Source: Actinomycetota bacterium (lineage in GTDB: Bacteria > Actinomycetota > UBA4738). From it: a stretch of 53,662 nt of DNA. Shown one piece after another: positions 25,911 through 33,860 of the stretch (position 1 is its first letter; each line of letters starts with the position of its first letter). Position numbers and translations under genes: made by a program. The stretch spans positions 1 to 53,662 of the forward strand of contig DAIMKN010000001.1 in NCBI GenBank assembly GCA_036721725.1, given 5' to 3'. The notes under the pieces were generated by a model that was not told the origin of the DNA, ran no database searches, and worked only from the letters and a program-made list of their open reading frames with translations.

Positions 25911-27427
25911 CGCGGCCGCACCCCGACGAGGCCGCGATGGATGCGGCACCCGCCCCGTACCGTCCCAGGGAGGGTTCGATCCCGACGCTTCCCATCCCCG
26001 ACCCCGCCGCATGGCGCCGGCTCCACCTCATCGGGATCGGCGGCGCGGGCATGAGTGGCATCGCCCGTCTGCTGCTCGTCCGGGGGGTCGAGGTGACCGG
26101 GTCCGACCTCAAGGAGTCCGCGGGACTCGGCGTGCTGCGCGAACGGGGCGCCAGGGTCTCCGTCGGCCACCGGGCGGAGCAGCTCGGCGCTCCGGACGCG
26201 GTCGTGGTGTCCTCGGCGATCCCGCCGTCGAACCCCGAACTGCGCGCCGCCGCCCAGGCGGGCATCCCCGTGCTGATGAGGGTCCAGGTTTTGGCCGCGC
26301 TGATGCGTGACCGCCGGACCGTGGCCGTCGCCGGGACCCACGGGAAGACCACGACCACGTCGATGATCTCCGTCATCCTCACCCACGCCGGCCTGGCGCC
26401 GACGTTCGTCATCGGGGGCGACCTCAACGAGAGCGGCTCGGGCGCCGGCCCCGGGACGGGGGACGTGTTCGTGGCCGAGGCCGACGAGAGCGACGGTTCG
26501 TTCCTCCTGCTCCGCCCCGACGTCGGCGTGATCACGAACGTCGAACCGGACCACCTGGATTTCTACGCGGACGCCCGTGAGGTGGAATCGGCGTTCGCGT
26601 CATTCGCCGTGGGCGCCGGCACGGTCGTGGCGTGCTGGGACGACCCCGGCGTGCGGCGTTCGCTCTCCGGACTGACGAACGTCATTCGGTACGGGACCGG
26701 TCCCGGCATGGAAGTCCGCGTGCCGTCCGATGCCGACGGCGTGATCGGGACGCCGGTTCCCTTCGTGGTGCGGGGTGCGGAGACGGAGGTTCGCCTTGCT
26801 GTCCCCGGGCGACACAACCTGCTGAATGCCGCGGCCGCTCTGGCGGTGGCGACATCGCTCGGCGTCGACGCCGGGGTTGCGGCGACGGCTCTCGCCACCT
26901 TCACCGGCGTCCGCCGTCGGTTCGAGCGGCGCGGCGAGGTGAACGGGACCACGTTCGTCGACGACTACGCCCATCACCCTACGGAGATAGCCGTGACGCT
27001 GCGGGCCGCGAGGATGTGGGGACCGCCGGAGCGCGACGGAGGGGCCGGGCCGGGCCGGATCGTGGCGGTGTTCCAGCCGCACCGGTACAGCCGAACGAGC
27101 GTCATGTGGCGAGAACTTGGAGAGAGCCTGTCGGCGGCAGACCTGGTGGTGGTGACCGATGTGTACGGGGCGGGCGAGGAGCCCATCCCCGGCGTGACCG
27201 GCAAGCTGGTGGTGGAGGCGCTGGCTGAGGCCGCACCCGGCAGACGTGTGGTCTACCTGCCGCGGCGCCCCGACGTCGCGCCCTTCCTGGCGGGACAGGT
27301 CCGGGGTGGCGACCTCGTCGTCACCCTGGGGGCAGGCGACATCACGATGGTCGGGACCGAGACATTGGACCGGTTGCAGGAGGCGCGAGATGCCTCCGCG
27401 ACGGTGAGGACTTCACGGGAGGGATGA
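25907..27427 (+). CDS. murC: UDP-N-acetylmuramate--L-alanine ligase
   Basis: ORF track 25886..27427. GTG 25907 overlaps the murG stop and follows GGAGG with a 4-nt spacer. Motifs HLIGIGGAGMSGIA, GTHGKTTTTSM and DDYAHHPTE. Confidence 0.9.
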   Translation: MTRPHPDEAAMDAAPAPYRPREGSIPTLPIPDPAAWRRLHLIGIGGAGMSGIARLLLVRGVEVTGSDLKESAGLGVLRERGARVSVGHRAEQLGAPDAVVVSSAIPPSNPELRAAAQAGIPVLMRVQVLAALMRDRRTVAVAGTHGKTTTTSMISVILTHAGLAPTFVIGGDLNESGSGAGPGTGDVFVAEADESDGSFLLLRPDVGVITNVEPDHLDFYADAREVESAFASFAVGAGTVVACWDDPGVRRSLSGLTNVIRYGTGPGMEVRVPSDADGVIGTPVPFVVRGAETEVRLAVPGRHNLLNAAAALAVATSLGVDAGVAATALATFTGVRRRFERRGEVNGTTFVDDYAHHPTEIAVTLRAARMWGPPERDGGAGPGRIVAVFQPHRYSRTSVMWRELGESLSAADLVVVTDVYGAGEEPIPGVTGKLVVEALAEAAPGRRVVYLPRRPDVAPFLAGQVRGGDLVVTLGAGDITMVGTETLDRLQEARDASATVRTSREG

Positions 27428-27428
27428 C

Positions 27429-28250
27429 GTGTCGGCGAGTTCGACGTGGATGCGCGAGCAGGCGCAGATGGGGCACCGGAACGGGCGGCTCGCGCCGCGG
27501 CCCCGGGGTCGCTCGGTGGCGTGGGCGGTCCTGGGTCTGCTGGCGCTGGGGGGGATGGTGTGGTGGGTGACGAACTCACCGATCTTCGACCTCCGCTCAC
27601 TGCAGGTGTCGGGGGCCTCACACCTGTCGGTGGCGCAGGTCGAGACGGCGGGGGGCCTGGGCCACGGCACGAACCTCCTGTGGTTCGCTCCGGCCCGGGT
27701 TGAGCGGCGGCTGGAAACCGATCCCTGGATCCTGTCCGCACACGTTGCCCGGAGCCTGCCGTCCTCGGTGCACATCTCCGTCATCGAACGCTCCCCGGTG
27801 GCCGTGGCGGTCTCGCCGACGGGCCGCTTCCTGGTGGCGAACGACGGGACCGTCTTGGGGCCCGCCTCCGCATCCGGACGATTGCCGGTGGTGGATGCCG
27901 GGATCCAGAGACTCAAGTCTGGATCGAGACTTCAGCAGGTCGCAACGCTGCGCGTCGTCACGGATCTGCCCGTGGCGCTTCGAACGCAGATCACGTCGGT
28001 GAACATGTCGGGCCGCTCGGTCGAGGTGGGCCTGCGGTCCGGGGTGAGGGTGTTGTTCGGCGATGGCTCGAACGCCGCGGCGAAGGGTCAAGCCCTCCTC
28101 GCCGTCCTGTCCTGGGCTCATGCCCACCAGGTCACGCCCTCCGTGATCGATGTGAGAGCGCCCTCATCGCCCGCGCTCCGGCCGGCGGGCGCTGCCACGA
28201 CGCAAGGCACGGCGTCGCCACCTTCTGTTCCGCACGCCGCCACTCGCTGA
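27429..28250 (+). CDS. ftsQ: Cell division protein FtsQ (POTRA domain)
   Basis: ORF track, 273 aa. One TM helix (WAVLGLLALGGMVWWV) followed by a POTRA-like IFDLRSLQVSGASHLSVAQV. Canonical position between murC and ftsZ. Confidence 0.8.
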   Translation: MSASSTWMREQAQMGHRNGRLAPRPRGRSVAWAVLGLLALGGMVWWVTNSPIFDLRSLQVSGASHLSVAQVETAGGLGHGTNLLWFAPARVERRLETDPWILSAHVARSLPSSVHISVIERSPVAVAVSPTGRFLVANDGTVLGPASASGRLPVVDAGIQRLKSGSRLQQVATLRVVTDLPVALRTQITSVNMSGRSVEVGLRSGVRVLFGDGSNAAAKGQALLAVLSWAHAHQVTPSVIDVRAPSSPALRPAGAATTQGTASPPSVPHAATR

Positions 28251-28326
28251 GCTCGAACCTCCGGCGTACAACAGGCCGGAGGTGAAGGGCGGAGGGTCGC
28301 CGCAGCACGTCCGCCAAAAGAAGGGG

Positions 28327-28356
28327 TTGACTCCTCGGCCTCTCGTAGTGTAGATT
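28327..28356 (+). promoter_or_regulatory. Candidate ftsZ promoter TTGACT-18 nt-TAGATT
   Basis: Both hexamers were read directly from a locally A/T-richer ftsQ-ftsZ spacer. This would give a leader of about 115 nt before ATG 28477. Confidence 0.5.
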
Positions 28357-28476
28357 CCTCGCCTTGTGGGTTAGGTTTACATAACACTAACTCTGAACTG
28401 GAGGATGAATATGGCAGTGAGAAGCGGTACTTCCCCAGGTAGAGCGACCGCAGTGCGGTCCAGGGAGGAGAAGAGG

Positions 28477-29610
28477 ATGCAGGCTCCCCAGAACTACCTC
28501 GCCGTGATCAAGGTCATCGGGATCGGCGGAGGCGGTGTCAACGCGGTGAACCGGATGATCGAGTCCGGCCTCCGTGGCGTCGAGTTCATCGCGATGAACA
28601 CCGACGCGCAGGCGTTGCTGATGTCTGAAGCTGACGTAAAGCTTGACATCGGGCGAGAGACCACTCGAGGGTTGGGCGCCGGTTCGAACCCGGAGGTCGG
28701 CAAGCGCGCGTCGGAGGAGCACCGCACCGAGATCGAGGAGATCCTCAAGGGCGCGGACATGGTCTTCATCACCGCCGGCGAGGGCGGCGGCACGGGCACC
28801 GGCGGGGCCCCCATCGTGGCGGAGATCGCCAAGTCGCTGGGGGCGCTGACCATCGGCGTCGTGACCCGGCCCTTCTCGTTCGAGGGGCGGAAACGGGCGG
28901 CGCAGGCGGACATCGGCATCGGCGAGCTGAAGGCGGCCGTCGACACCATGATCGTCGTGCCCAACGACCGCCTGCTCCAGGTCTCCGACGCGGGCACCCC
29001 GGTCTTGGAGGCGTTCCGCATGGCGGACCAGGTTCTGTACCAGGGTGTCGACGGCATCACCTCGCTCATCATGACGCCGGGCCTCATCAACCTGGACTTC
29101 GCCGACGTGAAGGCGGTCATGACGGGGGCGGGGTCCGCGCTCATGGGCATCGGACACGGGACGGGCGAGAACCGGGCCGAGGACGCGGCGAAGGCGGCCG
29201 TGTCCTCCCCGCTGCTCGAGGCCTCCATCGACGGGGCCAAGGGCGTCCTGCTGTCCATCGCCGGTCCTTCCGACATGGCCCTCCACGAGGTCAACCGGGC
29301 CGCCGAGATGATCACGAAGGTCGCCCATCCCGACGCCAACATCATCTTCGGGGCGGTCATCGACGACGGCCTGGGCGACGAGGTTCGGGTCACCGTCATC
29401 GCGGCCGGGTTCGACAAGCTCGGCAACGGCAACGCCCATGGGCGGAACGGCCGGATCAATCGACTCATGGAGGCGCCGGCCGAGACCAAGCGCGAGCCCG
29501 TCCCCTCCCTGCTCGATGACGAGGACGACGAGATGTTCAAGCCGGCCCCGGCCACGGTCGTGTTCGACGCGGACGAGGATCTGGACATCCCGGACTTCCT
29601 GAAGAGTTAG
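28477..29610 (+). CDS. ftsZ: Cell division GTPase FtsZ
   Basis: ORF track 28405..29610. ATG 28477 (GGAGGAG 6 nt upstream) gives [28 protein letters not shown], as in actinobacterial FtsZ. GGGTGTG tubulin signature and the C-terminal DLDIPDFLK peptide are present. Confidence 0.95.
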   Translation: MQAPQNYLAVIKVIGIGGGGVNAVNRMIESGLRGVEFIAMNTDAQALLMSEADVKLDIGRETTRGLGAGSNPEVGKRASEEHRTEIEEILKGADMVFITAGEGGGTGTGGAPIVAEIAKSLGALTIGVVTRPFSFEGRKRAAQADIGIGELKAAVDTMIVVPNDRLLQVSDAGTPVLEAFRMADQVLYQGVDGITSLIMTPGLINLDFADVKAVMTGAGSALMGIGHGTGENRAEDAAKAAVSSPLLEASIDGAKGVLLSIAGPSDMALHEVNRAAEMITKVAHPDANIIFGAVIDDGLGDEVRVTVIAAGFDKLGNGNAHGRNGRINRLMEAPAETKREPVPSLLDDEDDEMFKPAPATVVFDADEDLDIPDFLKS

Positions 29611-29701
29611 GGGTCCCGCGCGGCCCCTGACGCGGTGGGGGCGGGGGAGACTCGGAGGCGACCTTCCCCAGCCTCGCGGTTCCCGGCCCCAACGCATCGA
29701 C

Positions 29702-29736
29702 CGGCCGGTCCCTCTCGAGGGGCCGGCCGTTCGTTT
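29702..29736 (+). terminator. Intrinsic terminator-like hairpin downstream of ftsZ
   Basis: An 11-bp GC-rich stem (29702-29712 pairs with 29719-29729, one G-U) with a 6-nt loop, followed by TTCGTTT. Confidence 0.55.
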
Positions 29737-29771
29737 GGCCACGCCGGCGAGCGCGTTCGGCTAGCCTGCCG

Positions 29772-30563
29772 GTGAGGATGTTCGAACGACGAACGCTCGA
29801 CGAGGGCGTGACCGTGCTGGTCCCGAAGCGGCTGGAGTCGGCCGGCTTCCAGGTCGCGTTCACCGAACGCACGGGCGGGCTCAGCACCGGTCCGCATGCT
29901 GAACTGAACCTGGGCCTGCGCACCGCCGACGACCCGACGGTGGTCGCCGAGAATCGGAAGCGCGTGTGCCGGGCCCTCGGCATCGAGGAGTTCGTCGTGG
30001 CCCGACAGATCCACGGTGCTCGGCACGTCCGGGTGGGGCCGCGCCACCGAGGAGCCGGGTTCACGGACGCCTCCTCCGCCGTGTCGAACGCCGACGCCTT
30101 GGTCACCGCGACCAAGCGACTCCCCGTGGCGGTGCTGACCGCGGACTGCGTTCCGCTCGTGCTGGGCGATCCGGAGAGCGGCCTGGTGGCCGTGGTGCAC
30201 GCGGGATGGCGCGGCGTGGCGGCCGGCATCGTGGCCGCCGCCCTGGAGGTGTTCGCCGAGAGCGATCGGGTGCTCGCGGCCATCGGTCCTGCCATCGGAC
30301 CGGACCACTACGAGGTCGGCCCCGACGTGGCCCTGGCCGTCTCCGCCGCGACGGAGGGGGGGGCGATCCTGCACGGCGGCCGAACCGGGGGGAGACAGCG
30401 GCTGGACCTGCCCGGGACGGTCGTTCGGATCTTGAAGGAACGCGGCGCGCGCCACGTCGATCCGGCGGGGATCTGCACCGCCTGCGAGCCCGAACGCTTC
30501 TACTCCTACCGCCGCGACGGCGAGACGGGACGGCAGGCCCTCATCGCGGCCCGGATGCCGTGA
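29772..30563 (+). CDS. pgeF: Peptidoglycan editing factor PgeF (YfiH/YlmD, DUF152 laccase-like)
   Basis: ORF track, 263 aa. Motifs QIHGA, DALVT, LTADCVPLVL, HAGWRG and CTACEPERFYSYRRDG. Confidence 0.85.
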   Translation: MRMFERRTLDEGVTVLVPKRLESAGFQVAFTERTGGLSTGPHAELNLGLRTADDPTVVAENRKRVCRALGIEEFVVARQIHGARHVRVGPRHRGAGFTDASSAVSNADALVTATKRLPVAVLTADCVPLVLGDPESGLVAVVHAGWRGVAAGIVAAALEVFAESDRVLAAIGPAIGPDHYEVGPDVALAVSAATEGGAILHGGRTGGRQRLDLPGTVVRILKERGARHVDPAGICTACEPERFYSYRRDGETGRQALIAARMP

Positions 30564-31237
30564 CCGGCGGGCAGGACGTCGCTCTGGCCCTGGCCGCGGT
30601 CACGGAGCGGATCGGCGAGGCCTGCGCCCAGGTCGGCCGCCAACCCTCGGAGGTCACGTTGATCGGCGCCTCCAAGACCGTCGGCATCGAGCGCATCCGC
30701 GCCGCGAACGAGGCAGGCCTCTGCCACTTCGCCGAGAACTACGCCGGCGAGCTGGCGTCCAAGGCGTCCCTCGTCGAGGCCACGTGGCATTTCATCGGCA
30801 AGCTGCAGCGGGGGACCGCGGCGAAGGTCGCCGAGCACGCCTCGGTGGTCCACACGGCCGAGCCGGGCAGCGGGTTCGACCACCTCGTGCAGCGGCTGGC
30901 CGGCCTCGAACGCACCCTTCCCGTCCTGGTCCAGGTGGATTTCACGGGCCGCCGCCAGGGCGTCGACCCCGACGATGTCGGGCCGTTCGTCACGCAAACC
31001 GTTGCGCGGCAAGGCCTCTCGGTGGTGGGACTGATGACGCTGCCCCCGCCCGGTCCCGACCCGGAGGAGGCCCGGCCGTTCTTCCGCCGCCTGCGGGAAC
31101 TGCGCGACGCGCTGCGCGAACGCCATCCGGAGGTCGTCCAGCTCTCGATGGGAATGTCCTCCGATTTCCCAGTGGCGGTGGAGGAAGGCGCTACGATGGT
31201 GCGCGTCGGAACAGCCCTGTTCGGGTCGCGCCCCTGA
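30560..31237 (+). CDS. yggS: YggS/YlmE-family pyridoxal-phosphate homeostasis protein
   Basis: In frame within ORF 29966..31237. GTG 30560 overlaps the pgeF stop. Motifs LIGASKT, WHFIGKLQ, LSMGMSSDF and VRVGTALFG. Confidence 0.85.
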   Translation: MTGGQDVALALAAVTERIGEACAQVGRQPSEVTLIGASKTVGIERIRAANEAGLCHFAENYAGELASKASLVEATWHFIGKLQRGTAAKVAEHASVVHTAEPGSGFDHLVQRLAGLERTLPVLVQVDFTGRRQGVDPDDVGPFVTQTVARQGLSVVGLMTLPPPGPDPEEARPFFRRLRELRDALRERHPEVVQLSMGMSSDFPVAVEEGATMVRVGTALFGSRP

Positions 31238-31302
31238 GGACGCCGAGTGGCATCGGGACGATCCGGCTGGCGCCGCGACGGATCCGTTCGAAGGAGAGGT
31301 AC

Positions 31303-31797
31303 ATGCCGGGGGTCTGGAAGAAGACGTTGCAGTACCTGGGCTTGGTCGAGGACGAGGAGTTCGAAGACCCGGAGGACGCCATGGAGCCCGTTCCCGCCCG
31401 GGGCGAAGCGCAGGCGCCGGTTCGCCGGCTGGGCCGAACGTCCGCCGCGGACACCTCGCCGGACCGTTCGGAGGCCACCATCGTCCGGACGATGCCCGCG
31501 CCGGCCCGGATGCCGTCCATGGCCTCGATCCACCGGGCCGAGCCCAAGCGGTTCAACGAGGCCCGGGAGATCGGCGAACGCTTCCGCCAGGGCATCCCGG
31601 TCATCGTGAACCTCCAGGGCGCGGACGACGCCATCGCCCGGCGGCTGGTCGACTTCGCCTCGGGTCTGGTGTTCGGTCTCGACGGCAAGATCGAGATGGT
31701 CGCCTCGCGGGTCTACCTGCTGACCCCGGCGAACATGGAGGTCTCCGCGGAGGAGCGCGAACGCCTCGTCGAGGGCGGCTTCTTCAACCAGCTGTGA
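31303..31797 (+). CDS. sepF: Cell division protein SepF
   Basis: In frame within ORF 30784..31797. AAGGAGAGG lies upstream of ATG 31303. N-terminal membrane-targeting MPGVWKKTLQYLGL and the conserved core GIPVIVNLQGADDAIARRLVDFASGLVFGLDGKIE. Confidence 0.9.
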   Translation: MPGVWKKTLQYLGLVEDEEFEDPEDAMEPVPARGEAQAPVRRLGRTSAADTSPDRSEATIVRTMPAPARMPSMASIHRAEPKRFNEAREIGERFRQGIPVIVNLQGADDAIARRLVDFASGLVFGLDGKIEMVASRVYLLTPANMEVSAEERERLVEGGFFNQL

Positions 31798-31856
31798 CCC
31801 CGCTCGTGTCGAACGCGGGCCCGGCGGCCCGGCGTTCGAACTGAAGGAACCTGCGA

Positions 31857-32108
31857 ATGGGGATCCTGCAAACCCTGCTCACCATCTACTGGGTCATCCT
31901 GTTGATCCGCGTGTTCTCGTCGTGGTTCCCCATCCCGCCGTCCGGGCCCATCCGCCAGTTCATGAACCTGATCTACGACGTAACCGAGCCGGTCCTGCGG
32001 CCTGTTCGCCGCCTCCTGCCTCCAATCCGCATGGGCGGCATGGCCATGGATCTGTCGCCGATCATCGTGTTCATCGTCCTCGGCATCCTCCGGGCCTATG
32101 TGCACTGA
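31857..32108 (+). CDS. yggT: YggT/YlmG family membrane protein
   Basis: ORF track, 83 aa. YWVILLIRVFSSWFP...DLSPIIVFIVL is the typical YggT two-helix pattern. Confidence 0.85.
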   Translation: MGILQTLLTIYWVILLIRVFSSWFPIPPSGPIRQFMNLIYDVTEPVLRPVRRLLPPIRMGGMAMDLSPIIVFIVLGILRAYVH

Positions 32109-32206
32109 CGCCGGACGGTTGCTTCCGGGGTTCCTCCATGCTCATCTGCTACAACATGAGAACCTCACGAGCACCTGAAGGCCCACCACGGGAAGGGATC
32201 GCGGCC

Positions 32207-33826
32207 ATGAGCAGAAAGGACAAGAGCGCCGGCCAGGAGCCTCAGCAGGCCCGGTCGACCCGGATCACGCCGGTGGAGATCCAGCAGAAGGAGTTCCGGC
32301 TGGCGATGCGTGGCTACAACGAACGCGACGTCGACCGATTCCTCGACGAGCTGACCGAGGAGGTGGCCCGCCTCCACGCCGAGAACAAGCGCCTCCGCGA
32401 GCAGGCCGACGTCCAGCGGACGACGCCGATCGCCACCGGGGACGCCGCCCTGGCCGATCGCGTCGTTCGGGACGCCCGCGACGAAGCCGAACGAATCGTG
32501 GCCGAAGCCCGGTCCCGGGCCGCGTCGTTCGAGGCGAACGCCGCCGGGGCCGCGACACCGGTCGCCACGTCAGCGGCGACGCCGGCGTCGGGACCGCTGG
32601 TCACGCGGTTCCTTTCACGTGAGCGCGAATTCCTGCAGAGCCTGGCGGGTCTCATCCAGCAGCATGCGGAGTCCGTCAAGGATGACGTTCGGATCGTTCG
32701 TGGATCGGCGCCCCCGGCCGCGCCTGCCGAGTCCAGCGACTCCGAACCGCTTGCGCCGCAAGCTGTTACCGGATCGAACGAGGGGCCGGTGGAGGCGCCC
32801 ACCTCCGGGGAAGCGTCTGCTGAAGAACCTCCGTCGCGGACACCTGACGCCGCGGCGGGCGGATGGTCGAACGCAGCCCGGACTCGAGCGTCCGAGGGCA
32901 CGGGACCGCAGGAGCGATTGACGTCGGACCCGGGGATGCACGGCCAGGGCCAGCCGGCCGAGGAGACGTGGGCCACGCAGACCGCCGAGGCCGCGGGTCA
33001 GGCCCCCACCGAGTCCCAGACGCCCGACGTGGTCTTCGAGCAGCCCGAAGGCTCCGCGTGGAACGACACTTCCGACGACGCGCCGGCGCCCGAACCGCCC
33101 ATGGCCACGACACCGGCCGCCCAGGCCTCGGCGAACCCTGACACGCCGGTCGCGGCGTCGGAGCGGCCGCTCCCATGGGACCTCCCGGTCGCCCCGTCGG
33201 ATGCGTTCGACGACGAAGCGGTCCAGGGATCGCCGGATGTCGAACCCTCAGGACCGGGGGCTGACGATGCGGTGGCTTCCGAGTCGTCCCCGGCGGCGGA
33301 ACATCCGGACGCCACGCCCCTGCAGGACGACGCCGAAAGCCAGGACCCGAAGACCCACTCGGGTTCGTGGAGAGGGTCGGATCCGTGGGGCTCGTCCGTG
33401 GCCGGCGACGCGTCCGCCACCGGCGACGCGTCCGCCACCGACGACACGTCCGACACCGAGGCCGCGCCGGCCGAAGATGGTTCCGGCTTCGAACAAGGTC
33501 AGGGTCACGACGCCGCGGGCGGGCCCGGTTCGTTCGCCGACCCGCTGCCCCCGACCGCGCAGATGGAGGCCATCTCGCTGGACGACGAATACGGGTCGCC
33601 AGGCGAGGAGGAACCCGACGACGTCAACGAGCCTGTGGACGTCAACGAGCCTGTGGACATCAACGAGCCCGCCGAGGTTATCTCCGGGGAGGGCGGTGTC
33701 TCCGCCGGCGGATCGACGGGCGCCACCGGCCGGGCCGAGGAGGAGGTCATGCCGGGGGCGGCCCTCGACGATCAGGACGACGGCGAGGAGCGCTCGCTCC
33801 GGGAGCTGTTCTGGGGCGAGGACTGA
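32207..33826 (+). CDS. divIVA: DivIVA/Wag31 polar growth protein with a very long acidic low-complexity C-terminal extension
   Basis: In frame within ORF 31922..33826. From ATG 32207, ITPVEIQQKEFRLAMRGYNERDVDRFLDELTEEVARLHAENKRL is the DivIVA N-terminal domain. About 380 further residues are rich in D, E, P, A, S and T. Confidence 0.9.
   Translation: MSRKDKSAGQEPQQARSTRITPVEIQQKEFRLAMRGYNERDVDRFLDELTEEVARLHAENKRLREQADVQRTTPIATGDAALADRVVRDARDEAERIVAEARSRAASFEANAAGAATPVATSAATPASGPLVTRFLSREREFLQSLAGLIQQHAESVKDDVRIVRGSAPPAAPAESSDSEPLAPQAVTGSNEGPVEAPTSGEASAEEPPSRTPDAAAGGWSNAARTRASEGTGPQERLTSDPGMHGQGQPAEETWATQTAEAAGQAPTESQTPDVVFEQPEGSAWNDTSDDAPAPEPPMATTPAAQASANPDTPVAASERPLPWDLPVAPSDAFDDEAVQGSPDVEPSGPGADDAVASESSPAAEHPDATPLQDDAESQDPKTHSGSWRGSDPWGSSVAGDASATGDASATDDTSDTEAAPAEDGSGFEQGQGHDAAGGPGSFADPLPPTAQMEAISLDDEYGSPGEEEPDDVNEPVDVNEPVDINEPAEVISGEGGVSAGGSTGATGRAEEEVMPGAALDDQDDGEERSLRELFWGED
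33404..33457 (+). repeat. 3 x 18-bp tandem coding repeat (GDASAT-GDASAT-DDTSDT) inside divIVA
   Basis: Units at 33404-33421 and 33422-33439 are identical; 33440-33457 is diverged. Confidence 0.9.
33623..33676 (+). repeat. 3 x 18-bp tandem coding repeat (VNEPVD-VNEPVD-INEPAE) inside divIVA
   Basis: Units at 33623-33640 and 33641-33658 are identical; 33659-33676 is diverged. Confidence 0.9.
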
Positions 33827-33860
33827 CGGGGCGGTGCACGGCCCGCTGACTCGCTCCGGC

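Noticed and set aside
28258-28282. A perfect 8-bp hairpin, CCTCCGGC-9 nt-GCCGGAGG, right after ftsQ, considered as a terminator.
   Set aside because: No U-rich tract follows it (the next bases are TGAAGGGCGG), and ftsZ is normally also co-transcribed with upstream dcw genes. It may be an RNA-processing or stability element, but I cannot support a terminator call.
33404-33676. Tandem 18-bp repeats, considered as a possible CRISPR or VNTR-type non-coding array.
   Set aside because: They are in frame within divIVA, have no spacers, number only three units each, and encode acidic hexapeptide repeats.
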